Shown here in pieces: positions 36,995-46,622 of a stretch of 64,000 bases of DNA (the first letter of the stretch is position 1; each line of letters begins with the position of its first letter). Below the pieces are notes generated by a model that was not told the origin of the DNA, did not search any database, and was given only the letters and a program-made list of their open reading frames with translations. The translations under genes were made by a program, and so were the position numbers. Location of the stretch: NCBI GenBank assembly GCA_963662335.2, contig CAXXVD010000002.1, forward strand, positions 544,001 through 608,000, in the 5' to 3' direction. Source of the stretch: Chloroflexota bacterium (GTDB taxonomy: Bacteria > Chloroflexota > UBA11872 > VXOZ01).

Positions 36995-38083
36995 TTAGCG
37001 AAACTGCGGCACATCCAGCCAGACGCCGCCTTGCATGGCGGCGTCGTGGGCCACGATGCCGGGCGCGGTGAATTCGACGGCGCGGACGGCGTCGATGGGC
37101 GCTTTCGCGCCGCTGTCGATGGCGGCGATGAAGTCTTGCACCATGAAGAACTCGGACGTGCCGTGGCCGCCGTGCCGGGCTTCCGGCGGCGCGTTGGGGT
37201 CAACCGTCGGGCAGGCGATTTCTTCCGCGCCGGTCTGCTTGGACATGGTGTCCACGTTGAAGTAGCGGCCGGTGGAGGCGGCGTCCGCGATGTGGCGGCC
37301 GTTCTCGATGAAGCCTTTGGCGCCGTAGATCGTGTAGTAGACCGAGTGCGGGTGCCGGTGCGCCACCTGGCTGCGCAGGATCTTGACCACGTGGCCTTTC
37401 GCGGTCTGGAAGAGTCCCACTTCCATATCCAGGTGGCCGAGGTCCGCTTCGTCCGGGTGCATGTTGCGGCCGGCGGACGCGCCGGTGGCCTTCACAATGC
37501 GGTCGTCCATGAGCGTGAGCACCGGGCCCAGGGTGTGGGCGCAGTACCAGATCGGCGCGCGGGGCAGCCGCCATTTGGGCGCGCCGGTGTCCGGATCGCG
37601 CAGCAGGTCGGCGATTTCGTGGACGTACTCGGCTTCCGCGTAGAAGAGCGTGCCCAGGTCGCCCCGCGCGACGAGCTTGCGCCACTCGAGAATATAGTGA
37701 AAGTAGCAGTAGTTCTCCGCCATCATGTAGACCTTGCCGGTGCGCTCTTGCGCGTCGATGACTGCCGCGCATTCGTCCAGGGTGTAGGCCACGGTCTGCT
37801 CGCAGAGCACGTGCTTGCCGCTCTCCAGGGCGGCGATGGACTGCGCCGCGTGAAACTCGATGGGCGTGGCGATGACAACGACGTCCAGCGGGGCGTTGAC
37901 GAAGTCGTCGAACGCGGTGTAGAGGCGGTTGCCGGGAAGGTTGAAGTCTTGCGCTAGAGCGGCAAGCGTATCCTCTTTGAGATCGCAGAGCGCCGCTACT
38001 TCTACGCGCGGGTGCGCGGCCAGGGCGCGCACCAACCCCCCGCCCCGGCGGAGGCCGACGAAGCCGACTTGGAGCTTAGTCAT
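36995..38083 (-). CDS. Gfo/Idh/MocA-family oxidoreductase
   Basis: VGFVGLRRG, IATPIEFHA..SIAALESGKHVLCE, YMMAENYCY, YAEAEYVH, GGHGTSE. Confidence 0.9.
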   Translation of the reverse strand: MTKLQVGFVGLRRGGGLVRALAAHPRVEVAALCDLKEDTLAALAQDFNLPGNRLYTAFDDFVNAPLDVVVIATPIEFHAAQSIAALESGKHVLCEQTVAYTLDECAAVIDAQERTGKVYMMAENYCYFHYILEWRKLVARGDLGTLFYAEAEYVHEIADLLRDPDTGAPKWRLPRAPIWYCAHTLGPVLTLMDDRIVKATGASAGRNMHPDEADLGHLDMEVGLFQTAKGHVVKILRSQVAHRHPHSVYYTIYGAKGFIENGRHIADAASTGRYFNVDTMSKQTGAEEIACPTVDPNAPPEARHGGHGTSEFFMVQDFIAAIDSGAKAPIDAVRAVEFTAPGIVAHDAAMQGGVWLDVPQFR

Positions 38084-38310
38084 TGATTTGCCTTTCTGCG
38101 AATCCCCGATTTCGTCCCGTGCTTCCGATATCGTCATTCCCGTGCGGGCGGGGAGCAATCCCCACGGCGCAGACGGTCGCATTTACGAGGCGGGGCGCGA
38201 GGCCTCGCGCCAGATTCCGGTAGGGGCGGTTCGCGAACCGCCCCTACCGGCGCCGCAAGCCGAGCGGGGGACAAGCCCCCGCGCTACGGGATCTTCGTAG
38301 GTTAATTGCA

Positions 38311-38341
38311 GGAGGGGCGTCAGAATGAGTGACGCCCCTCC
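38311..38341. terminator. Hairpin downstream of the XDH operon
   Basis: GGAGGGGCGTCA-N7-TGACGCCCCTCC. Confidence 0.55.
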
Positions 38342-38366
38342 CCTTTCACTTGCGTTGGTTGCGGCG

Positions 38367-40688
38367 CTACGCGGAAGGCCGTCCGTTCGTTCTGGCGTCC
38401 CGCAGGGCCATCACGATGCGTTCCGGCGTCAGCGGCATGTTGTGCAGCGGGATGCCGAGGGCGTCGCTGATCGCGCTGGTGATCGCCGCGCCCGGCGGCA
38501 CGATGCTCGGCTCGCCCACGATGCGGGTGCCGCGCCAGCCGTAGGGATTGTGTTTCTCCACAATCACGGCGTCCACGTCCGGCACGTCCGCCGCCGTGGG
38601 CAGGCGGTAGTCGAGCAGGCCGGGATTGCGCACGCGGCCGTCCTCGTCGTAGACGATTTCCTCCAGCAGCGCGTAGCCGACGCCCTGGATGGTGCCGCCT
38701 TGAATCTGGCCTTTCACCGAGAGCGGGTTGATGGCGAAACCGGCGTCCTGCACCCCCACCAGATTGAGGATGGTGACCAGGCCGGTCTCGGTATCGACTT
38801 CCACGTCGGCAATCGTGCCGGCGAAACCCGGGTTGCCGCGCGCCGGCTTGCCGTGGCCGGTGCCGATGATGGGGCCGTTGGCCGAACCGACCGCTTCATC
38901 GGCAATGCGCCGGTAAGTGACGTAGCGCTCCGGGTCGTCGTGCGCCCACATCTTGCCGTCGTCGAACGCGATGTCGTCGGCGTCCGCGCCCAGCCGCTGC
39001 GCCGCCACCGCCTTCATTTGCCGCAGCACGTCCGCGGCGGCGGCGGCGGTCGAGAGGCTCATCGTGTACGTCACCTGGCTGCCGCCGGCCACCGGGCCGA
39101 ACGGCGCTTCGTTCGTGTCGCCCAGGTGCACGCTCACGAATTCCAGCGGCACGCGCAACTCCTCGGCGGCAACCTGCGCGATGGACGTCGTGTTGCCGGT
39201 GAGGTTGATGGTGCCGACCAGCACGCTGAAGGAGCCGTCCGCTTCCAGCTTGATGGTGGCGGCGGAACCGCCCGCGCCGCCGGACCAGCAGCCGATAGCC
39301 ATACCGCGGCCGCGGGGCTTGCCGTTGGCGCCCCGTTCCAGGGGGGTACTCCAGACTTCGTGGTTTCCGATGGCTTCCAGCACCTCCACCGCGCCCACGT
39401 TGGGCAGGGGCTGGCCGTTGGGCCAGCGGTCGCCTTCGCCGATCGCGTTGCGCAGGCGGAAGTCCACCGGGTCCATGCCCAGTTTCTGGGCGACCCAGTT
39501 CATGACGTTCTCCACGGCGTGGGCGGAATTCGGCGCGCCCGGCGCGCGGTACGCGCCCACGCTCACCTTGTTGGTGAGCACTTCTAGGCCTTCCAATTCC
39601 ATGTTGGGGAAGACGTAGCAACTGCCCAGCAGCATGGTGGCGGTGGACATGGGCGAGCCGGGATACGCGCCGGTGTCCATGACCACGCGGCCCTGCAGGG
39701 CGGTCAGCGTGCCGTCGCTCTTCGCGCCAATCTTTACGTCAATCACGGAGGCCGGCGCGGGATTGGCGGCCACGAGTTCCTCGCTGCGGCTCCACACGAC
39801 TTTTACGGGCTTGCGCGCTTTCTTGGAGAGAATGGCGGGAATGGGCGCGAGCAGCGTCATCTTGCCGCCAAAGCCGCCGCCGATGGCGGTGCCCTGCACG
39901 ATCACCTTGTGGGCCGGCAGCTTGAGCAAACGCGCCACCGTATCCCGCACGTAGAATTGCCCCTGGGAGGTGACCCACATCTTCATGTCGCCCGACGGCG
40001 AGTAGTCGGCCAGCGCGGCATGGGGCTCGAGGTAGGTCTGGTGCACCATGGCCGCCGTGAAGCGGCCTTCCTCGATGACGTCCGCTTCCGCGAAGCCCGC
40101 GTCGATATCGCCGCGCGAAAACTGGACCTGGGATGAGACGTTGCCGGATTCATCCAGGTCTTCCGCGGACGACGCCACGGAAGAGTGGAAGGACATCTCG
40201 GTGCGGTCAATCTCGCCGCCGTCGCCGTGGCGAATCACCGGCGCATCCGGTTCCATGGCTGCCAGCGGGTCCAGGACGTGGGGCAATGGCTCGTAGTCGA
40301 CTTCGATGAGTTCCAGGGCCGCTTCGGCGTCCTCCATGGTGACGGCGGCGACGGCGGCCACGGCCTCGCCCAGGAAGAGGGCGAAGTCACCGGCAAAGAC
40401 GTTGTGCGGGCGGGAGGTGGGTTCCACCACGTCGTCGTCGAAGTCGGCGGCGGTGGCCACCGATACGACGCCTGGAGCCTCCAGCGCCTTGGTGTAGTCG
40501 ATGCTCCTGATGCGGGCGTGGGCGTAGGGGCTGCGCAGGATCGCGCCCCACAGCATACCGGGCAGGGAAAAGTCCGCGCCAAACTTGGCCGCGCCGGTGA
40601 CGTTTTCGATGCCGTCAACGCGGCTTACCGGCTGGTTGGCGACGCGCAGCGCGGTCTTCTCTTGCGGTCGATCCACCACTTTTGCCAT
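38367..40688 (-). CDS. Xanthine dehydrogenase/aldehyde oxidase family molybdopterin-binding subunit
   Basis: LRSPYAHARI, HQTYLEPH, IGGGFGGK, AYRAPG, NP..V.GQIQGG..QG.GYAL.E, VGEP. Confidence 0.92.
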   Translation of the reverse strand: MAKVVDRPQEKTALRVANQPVSRVDGIENVTGAAKFGADFSLPGMLWGAILRSPYAHARIRSIDYTKALEAPGVVSVATAADFDDDVVEPTSRPHNVFAGDFALFLGEAVAAVAAVTMEDAEAALELIEVDYEPLPHVLDPLAAMEPDAPVIRHGDGGEIDRTEMSFHSSVASSAEDLDESGNVSSQVQFSRGDIDAGFAEADVIEEGRFTAAMVHQTYLEPHAALADYSPSGDMKMWVTSQGQFYVRDTVARLLKLPAHKVIVQGTAIGGGFGGKMTLLAPIPAILSKKARKPVKVVWSRSEELVAANPAPASVIDVKIGAKSDGTLTALQGRVVMDTGAYPGSPMSTATMLLGSCYVFPNMELEGLEVLTNKVSVGAYRAPGAPNSAHAVENVMNWVAQKLGMDPVDFRLRNAIGEGDRWPNGQPLPNVGAVEVLEAIGNHEVWSTPLERGANGKPRGRGMAIGCWSGGAGGSAATIKLEADGSFSVLVGTINLTGNTTSIAQVAAEELRVPLEFVSVHLGDTNEAPFGPVAGGSQVTYTMSLSTAAAAADVLRQMKAVAAQRLGADADDIAFDDGKMWAHDDPERYVTYRRIADEAVGSANGPIIGTGHGKPARGNPGFAGTIADVEVDTETGLVTILNLVGVQDAGFAINPLSVKGQIQGGTIQGVGYALLEEIVYDEDGRVRNPGLLDYRLPTAADVPDVDAVIVEKHNPYGWRGTRIVGEPSIVPPGAAITSAISDALGIPLHNMPLTPERIVMALRDARTNGRPSA

Positions 40689-40755
40689 GGTCTTCCTCCT
40701 CGCGGATGCTAGTGCTTCGGATTGCGGCGGCGGCGCGGCCGCCGCGGCGTTGGCA

Positions 40756-41280
40756 TCATTCGCCTTCAGGCTCCGGCACCAGTTCTTGCGGTTCCGGAGA
40801 TACTTCGATGCGTTCCACTTTGCCGTCGATGACGGAGTGCAGGGCGCTCACGATCGTTTCGTAGCCGGTGCAGCGGCAGAGATTGCCAGCGACGCCCATG
40901 CGCAATTCGTCGTCGGTGGGATTGGGGTTGTCGCGCAGGTAGGCGGTGGCCATGACCACGAAGCCGGGCGTGCAGATGCCGCACTGGGTCGCGCCGGCGC
41001 TCACGAAAGCCGACTGCACCGCGTTCAGCTTGTCGTCGCTCACCAGCCCCTCGACGGTCGTGACCGCCGCGCCCTCGGCTTCCACGGCCAGGGTCAGGCA
41101 GGAGTGGTGCGGGTCGCCGTCGACGAGCACGGTGCACGCGCCGCAGTCGCCGGTGCCGCAGCCCTCCTTGGCGCCGGTGAGGCCGAGGTCCTCGCGCAGG
41201 AAGTCGAGCAGCCGCACCTGCGGCTCCACGATGCGCTTCACCGCGACGCCGTTTACGGTCAGTTGCAACGGATAGTCCAT
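40756..41280 (-). CDS. XDH-family [2Fe-2S] subunit
   Basis: LTGAKEGCGTGDCGACTV…SCL; QCGICTPG; GNLCRCTGY. Confidence 0.95.
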   Translation of the reverse strand: MDYPLQLTVNGVAVKRIVEPQVRLLDFLREDLGLTGAKEGCGTGDCGACTVLVDGDPHHSCLTLAVEAEGAAVTTVEGLVSDDKLNAVQSAFVSAGATQCGICTPGFVVMATAYLRDNPNPTDDELRMGVAGNLCRCTGYETIVSALHSVIDGKVERIEVSPEPQELVPEPEGE

Positions 41281-41326
41281 CGCTTGTGCTGCCTCCAAAG
41301 TTTCAGGTAGTGGGTGTGCGGCGCAA

Positions 41327-42205
41327 TCAGCTTGCGGCCCGGGCGCGCTCGATCGCCGTGGCCAGGGCGCGCCGGGTATAGACGTCCACCATCATGCGGC
41401 GGTATTCGGCCGAGGCGCGCACGTCGGAAATGGGCCGGGAATCGGCTGCCGCCGCTTCACCGGCGTTTGCCAGAGTTCTGTCGTTCGCCGGTTGGCCGCG
41501 CAGCGCCTGTTCCGCGGTGGTTGCGTGGGGCCAGGTGGGCGCGACCGCGGAGAGCACCACGCTGGCGTCAGCAATGGTCTCCAGGTCGTCTTCCAACGTA
41601 ACCAGGGCCGCGATGCCGACTACGGCGATGTCCATCTCCCGCCGGGGCACGTGGCGCACGTAGCGCGTGCCGCTGCGGGCCGGCAGGGCCGGCACGGTGA
41701 ACGACTGGATCAACTCGCCGGGTTCCAGGGCCAGTTGGCCGGGCCCGGTCATCAGGTCGCCCACCGGGGCTGCGCGCGTCCCTTTCGCGCCGACGATGGC
41801 GGCCGTCGCGTGTGCCGCCACCAGGGGCGGCGCGGCGTCGGCGCTGGGGGCCGCGTTGCCCACGTTGCCGCCCAGCGTGCCGCGATTGCGAATCTGTATC
41901 GAGCCGAGCAACTCCGCGCCTTCGCTAATGAAGAAGGCGTGGTCCTGCACGAGCGGGCTGTGGTGCACCTCGTTGCCGGTGGCCATCGCGCCGATGGTCA
42001 GCGCGCCGTCGCCGTTCCGGCTTATGCCATTCATGTCCGCAAGGTTGCGCAGGCTGACGATGAGGGGCACGCGGCGGCCGCGCTCCCGCATCTGCACGAT
42101 GAGGTCCGTGCCACCGGCCAGGGCGCGCGCCTCGTCGCCGCGGTCGGCCAGCAGGGCGCAGGCTTCATGGGTTTCCGTGGGCGCAGCGTAGTCAAAACGT
42201 GTCAC
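41327..42205 (-). CDS. XDH-family FAD-binding subunit
   Basis: LAGGTDL, IGAM, QIRNRGTLGGN..NAAPSAD, PISDVRASAEYR; GTG start after GAGGAGA. Confidence 0.93.
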   Translation of the reverse strand: MTRFDYAAPTETHEACALLADRGDEARALAGGTDLIVQMRERGRRVPLIVSLRNLADMNGISRNGDGALTIGAMATGNEVHHSPLVQDHAFFISEGAELLGSIQIRNRGTLGGNVGNAAPSADAAPPLVAAHATAAIVGAKGTRAAPVGDLMTGPGQLALEPGELIQSFTVPALPARSGTRYVRHVPRREMDIAVVGIAALVTLEDDLETIADASVVLSAVAPTWPHATTAEQALRGQPANDRTLANAGEAAAADSRPISDVRASAEYRRMMVDVYTRRALATAIERARAAS

Positions 42206-42586
42206 GCGTCGTGTCTCCTCCCAGTTCCTCAGGCCGCGCGGCAGCGCCGCGAATCTCGCACGTGGCTTTTGTACGTTGTTACCATACCATAGCGTGACGC
42301 CAACGTAAACGGAGCCGGAGCGCCGCCGCCGGCAGCGCGGGGGAACCCGCGCAATCGCGCGCGCCCGGCGGCGGCGCGCGGCGCGCGGCGACTGGACATA
42401 ATCACTCAAGAATGCGGCGCAGGACGAGGCGCAGCGCCGCGGCCGCGGCGGGGTTTTCGCTAGACAGCGGCCATGAGATTCTGGTAACGTGAAGTATTGG
42501 ATGAGACTGGCTTGCGACTTGTGGCGGCAGTGAAACAGAGAGGTCTTCGCGCGCCACCCCCATGCGCTATTTGAGGAGGCACGAGC

Positions 42587-44050
42587 ATGGCAAGTACGTA
42601 TATCTCCGGCTCGGATTCAGACGCTGCGCCCACGCCAGAGGCAGTGATTGCCTTTGCGCACGAGCATGGCTGCCAGATGGTCGATCTGCGCTTTACCGAC
42701 CTGCCGGGCACGTGGCAGCATTTTTCCATACCCATGGACCAGCTCAAGCCGGACGTGTTTGCCGAAGGCCTCGGCTTCGACGGCTCGTCAATTCGCGGGT
42801 TCCAGAGCATCGACGAGAGCGACATGCTCGTCATTCCCGACCCCGCCAGCGCTTTCATCGATCCCAATCTCAAGGTGACCACCCTCGTCTTGATCTGCAA
42901 CGTGGTGACGCCGGGGTCTTTGGTGCCGTATAACAAGGACCCCCGCCACGTGGCGCAGAAATCCGAGCAGTACCTGAAGGACACGGGCATTGCCGATACG
43001 ATCAACATCGGGCCCGAGGTCGAATTCTTCATCTTCAACGACGTCCGCTTCGACCAGAACGTGAACAGCGGCTACTACTTCATCGACTCCAACGAGGGCG
43101 TGTGGAACACCGGCAACCTGGAGGACGAAGCGCCCAACCTGGGTTACCGTCCGCGCCTGAAAGGCGGCTACTATCCGACGCCGCCGGTGGACCAACTGCA
43201 GGACGTGCGCTCGCGGATTACGCTCAAACTCCAGTCGGTCGGCATCGAGGTGGAGGTGCAGCACCACGAGGTGGCCACCGCCGGCCAGGCCGAAATCGAC
43301 ATGCGCTTCGACACACTCACGCTCATGGCCGACCACGTGATGAAGTATAAGTACGTGGTGCGGCAGACCTGCGTGGAGCACGGCTTGACGGCCACGTTCA
43401 TGCCCAAGCCCTTGTTCCAGGATAACGGCTCCGGCATGCACACCCACCAGAGCCTGTGGAAAGACGGCACGCCCATCTTCTACGACGCCGAGGGCTACGC
43501 CCTGCTGAGCGACGAGGCGCGCTGGTACATCGGCGGCCTGCTGCACCACGCGGCGGCGGTGCTGGCCTTTGCCGCGCCCACCACGAACTCCTACCGCCGC
43601 CTGGTGCCGGGCTACGAAGCGCCGGTCTACCTGGCCTACAGCGAACGCAACCGCAGCGCGATGGTGCGGATTCCGACGTATTCGGAAAGTCCGGCCGCGC
43701 GCCGCTTGGAGTTCCGGCCGCCGGATCCGTCCTGCAATCCCTACTACGCCTTTGCGGCCTGCTTGATGGCCGGGCTGGACGGCATCCAGAATAAGATCGA
43801 GCCGCCGGAACCGCGCAACGTGGACCTCTACGAGCTTTCGGAAGAGGAGATGGCCGACATCCAGGCGGTGCCCGGTTCGCTGGGCGAGGCGCTGGACGCG
43901 CTGGAGGCCGACCACGAGTTCCTGCTGAAAGGCGGCGTGTTCACCCAGGACCTCATCGATAGTTGGCTGGAATACAAGCGCGTTGAGGAAGACGACCAGA
44001 TCCGGCTGCGGCCGCATCCGTACGAGTTCTTCCTGTACTACGATGTGTAG
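42587..44050 (+). CDS. glnA: Glutamine synthetase type I
   Basis: FDGSSIRGF..IDESDM, HHEVATAGQ.EI, TFMPKP..DNGSGMH.HQS, NSYRRLVPGYEAP, NRSA.RIP; DLYEL adenylylation-site motif. Confidence 0.98.
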   Translation: MASTYISGSDSDAAPTPEAVIAFAHEHGCQMVDLRFTDLPGTWQHFSIPMDQLKPDVFAEGLGFDGSSIRGFQSIDESDMLVIPDPASAFIDPNLKVTTLVLICNVVTPGSLVPYNKDPRHVAQKSEQYLKDTGIADTINIGPEVEFFIFNDVRFDQNVNSGYYFIDSNEGVWNTGNLEDEAPNLGYRPRLKGGYYPTPPVDQLQDVRSRITLKLQSVGIEVEVQHHEVATAGQAEIDMRFDTLTLMADHVMKYKYVVRQTCVEHGLTATFMPKPLFQDNGSGMHTHQSLWKDGTPIFYDAEGYALLSDEARWYIGGLLHHAAAVLAFAAPTTNSYRRLVPGYEAPVYLAYSERNRSAMVRIPTYSESPAARRLEFRPPDPSCNPYYAFAACLMAGLDGIQNKIEPPEPRNVDLYELSEEEMADIQAVPGSLGEALDALEADHEFLLKGGVFTQDLIDSWLEYKRVEEDDQIRLRPHPYEFFLYYDV

Positions 44051-44129
44051 GACTACGAAGCGTAACGTGCAAGCTGTGTGAGGGCGGCGCGCCAGCGCGT
44101 TTACATAAAGCGGGAAACGACGATTGAAG

Positions 44130-44163
44130 CAACAGTAGGCGGACGAAAGTTCGCCTACTGTTG
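44130..44163. terminator. Strong hairpin after glnA
   Basis: CAACAGTAGGCGGAC-GAAA-GTTCGCCTACTGTTG; no long U tract. Confidence 0.6.
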
Positions 44164-44265
44164 TCCTTGACCGCCGGGTTCGTTCTCGCGAATGACGGCG
44201 CCCGCCCGCGCCGGCGCGGGGAACGCCGCGGCGGGTGAGGCCGCCGCGCCGGCCGGGGAAGGCCC

Positions 44266-44661
44266 ATGCCGACGTATGAATACCAGTGCCGCGACTGCGA
44301 GCGGCCGTCGACGCACTTCTTCCGCAGTTTCGCCAACGTGCGGGAGCCGGTCTGCCCGCACTGCGGCTCGACGGCTTTGGAACGGCTTATTTCGCGTGTC
44401 GCCGTGCGCCGGGGCAGCGTGTCGTTCGAGGATCCTGCATTCTTGGATGGCTTCGATGAGGACGATCCCCGCGCGTTGGGCCGCCTGGCGCGCACGATGG
44501 GCGAAGAGGCGGGCGACGACCTGCCCAGCGAGTATGAGGACGTGGTGCGCGAACTGGAAGCGGGTAAGATACCGGATGATAGCGACTTCGTCGGAGACGG
44601 CGACTTCGTCGGAGACGGCGACTTGGGGGGCGAGGGCGGCGCGGACGAATTGCCAACGTAG
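44266..44661 (+). CDS. FmdB-family zinc-ribbon protein
   Basis: MPTYEYQCRDC…CPHCGS..LERLIS; acidic C-terminus with an 18-bp tandem repeat (44582-44624). Confidence 0.88.
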   Translation: MPTYEYQCRDCERPSTHFFRSFANVREPVCPHCGSTALERLISRVAVRRGSVSFEDPAFLDGFDEDDPRALGRLARTMGEEAGDDLPSEYEDVVRELEAGKIPDDSDFVGDGDFVGDGDLGGEGGADELPT

Positions 44662-44670
44662 AGAACCGCA

Positions 44671-45558
44671 ATGACGAATCCGAAAGCAGTGGCCGCTGCC
44701 AAAGCGCTGCCTTACCGCCTGATTGCCCTGGACGTGGACGGCACCTTGCTGGATGGGCGGGGCGGCGTGACGCCGGGCACGAAAGCGACCCTGCACGACG
44801 TTGTCGGGCGCGGCGCGCGCGTGGCGCTGGCAACCGGCCGGCGCTACATCATTGCCAATTTCCTGCCGGGTTTGCTGGAAGTTCCGCTCTACCTGATTCT
44901 CAGTAACGGCGCGGTGATTCGCGACCACACCGGCGCTATCGTCTACGAAAGCTACCTGCCGAGCGACTGGGCGTGGCGCGCGGTAGACGAGGCGCGCCGC
45001 CTGGGCCTGCGGTCCACAATCTACGAGAACGCGGCGGTGGGCGACCGCATGTTGTTCGACGGCGATTGGCGCGTCCATAGGAGTCCGCAGGCACAACTTA
45101 AGCGGCGTCCTGAACTCGAATCGCTCTTTGTCGACCTCAGGACCATCACCGACCTGCCGGACCCTATCGAGATCGTGCTCTGGGGCACTGACGAGGAGAT
45201 GCAGGCCCTGGCGGACGCGCTGCGGGCTACCGGACATGATTACACGCTCGTCTTCTGGCGCGGGCGGGAGTCCAGTTCGTTCGTGCGCGACGGGCAGAGC
45301 GCGCTGGAAATCCTGGGGCCGGGCACGTCCAAAGCCACGGCCCTTACCTGGCTCTGCGGGCGTTTGGGCATCGAACCGCGGGAAGTGGCGGCGTTTGGCG
45401 ACGACGTAAACGACGTGGAGATGCTGCGGTTCGCGGGCCTGGGCGTGGCCGTAGGCAACGCGACCCGGGCCGCCCGCGACGCCGCCGACGAATACACCCA
45501 CAACGACGACCATGAGGCCGTGGCGCGCACGCTGCGGCGGCTGTTTGGGATTGGCTAG
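44671..45558 (+). CDS. Cof-type HAD-IIB hydrolase
   Basis: LIALDVDGTLL, ATGR, SNGA, TSKATAL, AFGDDVNDVEML. Confidence 0.93.
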   Translation: MTNPKAVAAAKALPYRLIALDVDGTLLDGRGGVTPGTKATLHDVVGRGARVALATGRRYIIANFLPGLLEVPLYLILSNGAVIRDHTGAIVYESYLPSDWAWRAVDEARRLGLRSTIYENAAVGDRMLFDGDWRVHRSPQAQLKRRPELESLFVDLRTITDLPDPIEIVLWGTDEEMQALADALRATGHDYTLVFWRGRESSSFVRDGQSALEILGPGTSKATALTWLCGRLGIEPREVAAFGDDVNDVEMLRFAGLGVAVGNATRAARDAADEYTHNDDHEAVARTLRRLFGIG

Positions 45559-45616
45559 CCGGCGCGCCGGCTGAGAATGGCGTCCCTGACGGGATTTGCC
45601 GAAGGAGAACGAGAAC

Positions 45617-46612
45617 GTGGAACCGATTCGTGTCGTGCAGATGGGATTGGGGGCCGTGGGCTGCGGCATTGCGCAGACCGCCCTGGGGCGCTCCCAGTTG
45701 CGCGTGGTGGGCGCGATCGACGTGGATCCCGCCAAGGCGGGCCGCGACCTGGGCGAGATTCTGGGCGCGGACGCGCCGCTGGGCATTCCGGTGCATGGCT
45801 CGCTGGGCGAGGCATTGGACGCGCAGCCGGTGGACGTGGTGCTGCAAGCGACCGGTTCGCACATTCCGCAGGTGGCAGGCCAACTCACGGAGATCGCGGC
45901 GGCCGGCTGCAACGTCGTCAGCACCTGCGAGGAACTGGCGTACCCTTGGCTGCGCCACCCGGCGCTGGCCGCGGAGATCGACGCCAAAGCCCGTGAACAC
46001 GGCGTGACCATCCTGGGCACCGGCGTCAATCCCGGTTTCATCATGGATACGCTGGTGCTGGTGGCCACGGCGGTGTGCGGCGACGTGCGGCGTATCGTCT
46101 CCACGCGGGTCGTGGCCGCGCGCGAGCGGCGCCTGGCGTTGCAGCAGAAGATCGGCTCCGGCATGACGGAAGCGGCGTTTCGCGGTCTGGCCGAGCGGGG
46201 CGAGATTGGGCACGTCGGCTTGCGGGAGTCGTTCTATCTCATTGCCGCCGGTCTTGGCTGGGAGATTGAAGACCTGCACGAGACGATCGACCCGGTGCGC
46301 GCCGAGCAGCGCATCACCACCGAGCACTTCGACATCGCCGCCGGGCAGGTGGCCGGCATCCATCAGACCATACAGGCGCAGAGCGCAGGGCGCGAACTCG
46401 TGCTCGACCTCACCATGAGCATGGCGGCGGCGGAGAGCCGGGACAGCATCGCCATCGACGCCACGCCGCCCATGCATGTGGACGTCGTGGGTGGGACCCA
46501 CGGCGATCAGGCGACGTGGTCCATGGTGGCGAACATGGTCCCGCGCGTAGCAGCCGCGCCGGCCGGCCTGCTGACCATGCTCGACGCGGGCCTGCCCCGC
46601 GCCATCGTTTAG
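45617..46612 (+). CDS. Dihydrodipicolinate-reductase-like / 2,4-diaminopentanoate dehydrogenase-family oxidoreductase
   Basis: GLGAVG Rossmann motif, NVVSTCEELAYP, GTGVNPGFIMD, LQQKIGSG, GHVGL.ES, HGDQAT. Confidence 0.8.
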   Translation: MEPIRVVQMGLGAVGCGIAQTALGRSQLRVVGAIDVDPAKAGRDLGEILGADAPLGIPVHGSLGEALDAQPVDVVLQATGSHIPQVAGQLTEIAAAGCNVVSTCEELAYPWLRHPALAAEIDAKAREHGVTILGTGVNPGFIMDTLVLVATAVCGDVRRIVSTRVVAARERRLALQQKIGSGMTEAAFRGLAERGEIGHVGLRESFYLIAAGLGWEIEDLHETIDPVRAEQRITTEHFDIAAGQVAGIHQTIQAQSAGRELVLDLTMSMAAAESRDSIAIDATPPMHVDVVGGTHGDQATWSMVANMVPRVAAAPAGLLTMLDAGLPRAIV

Positions 46613-46622
46613 GGCAGACGCC

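Noticed and set aside
38367-40688. Aerobic CO dehydrogenase CoxL
   Set aside because: Lacks AYxCSFR (form I) and AYxGAGR (form II); no coxDEFG accessory genes
42210-42586. glnA riboswitch or GlnR/TnrA box upstream of glnA
   Set aside because: I could not find the glnA-RNA consensus or a convincing dyad by eye; cmscan would be needed
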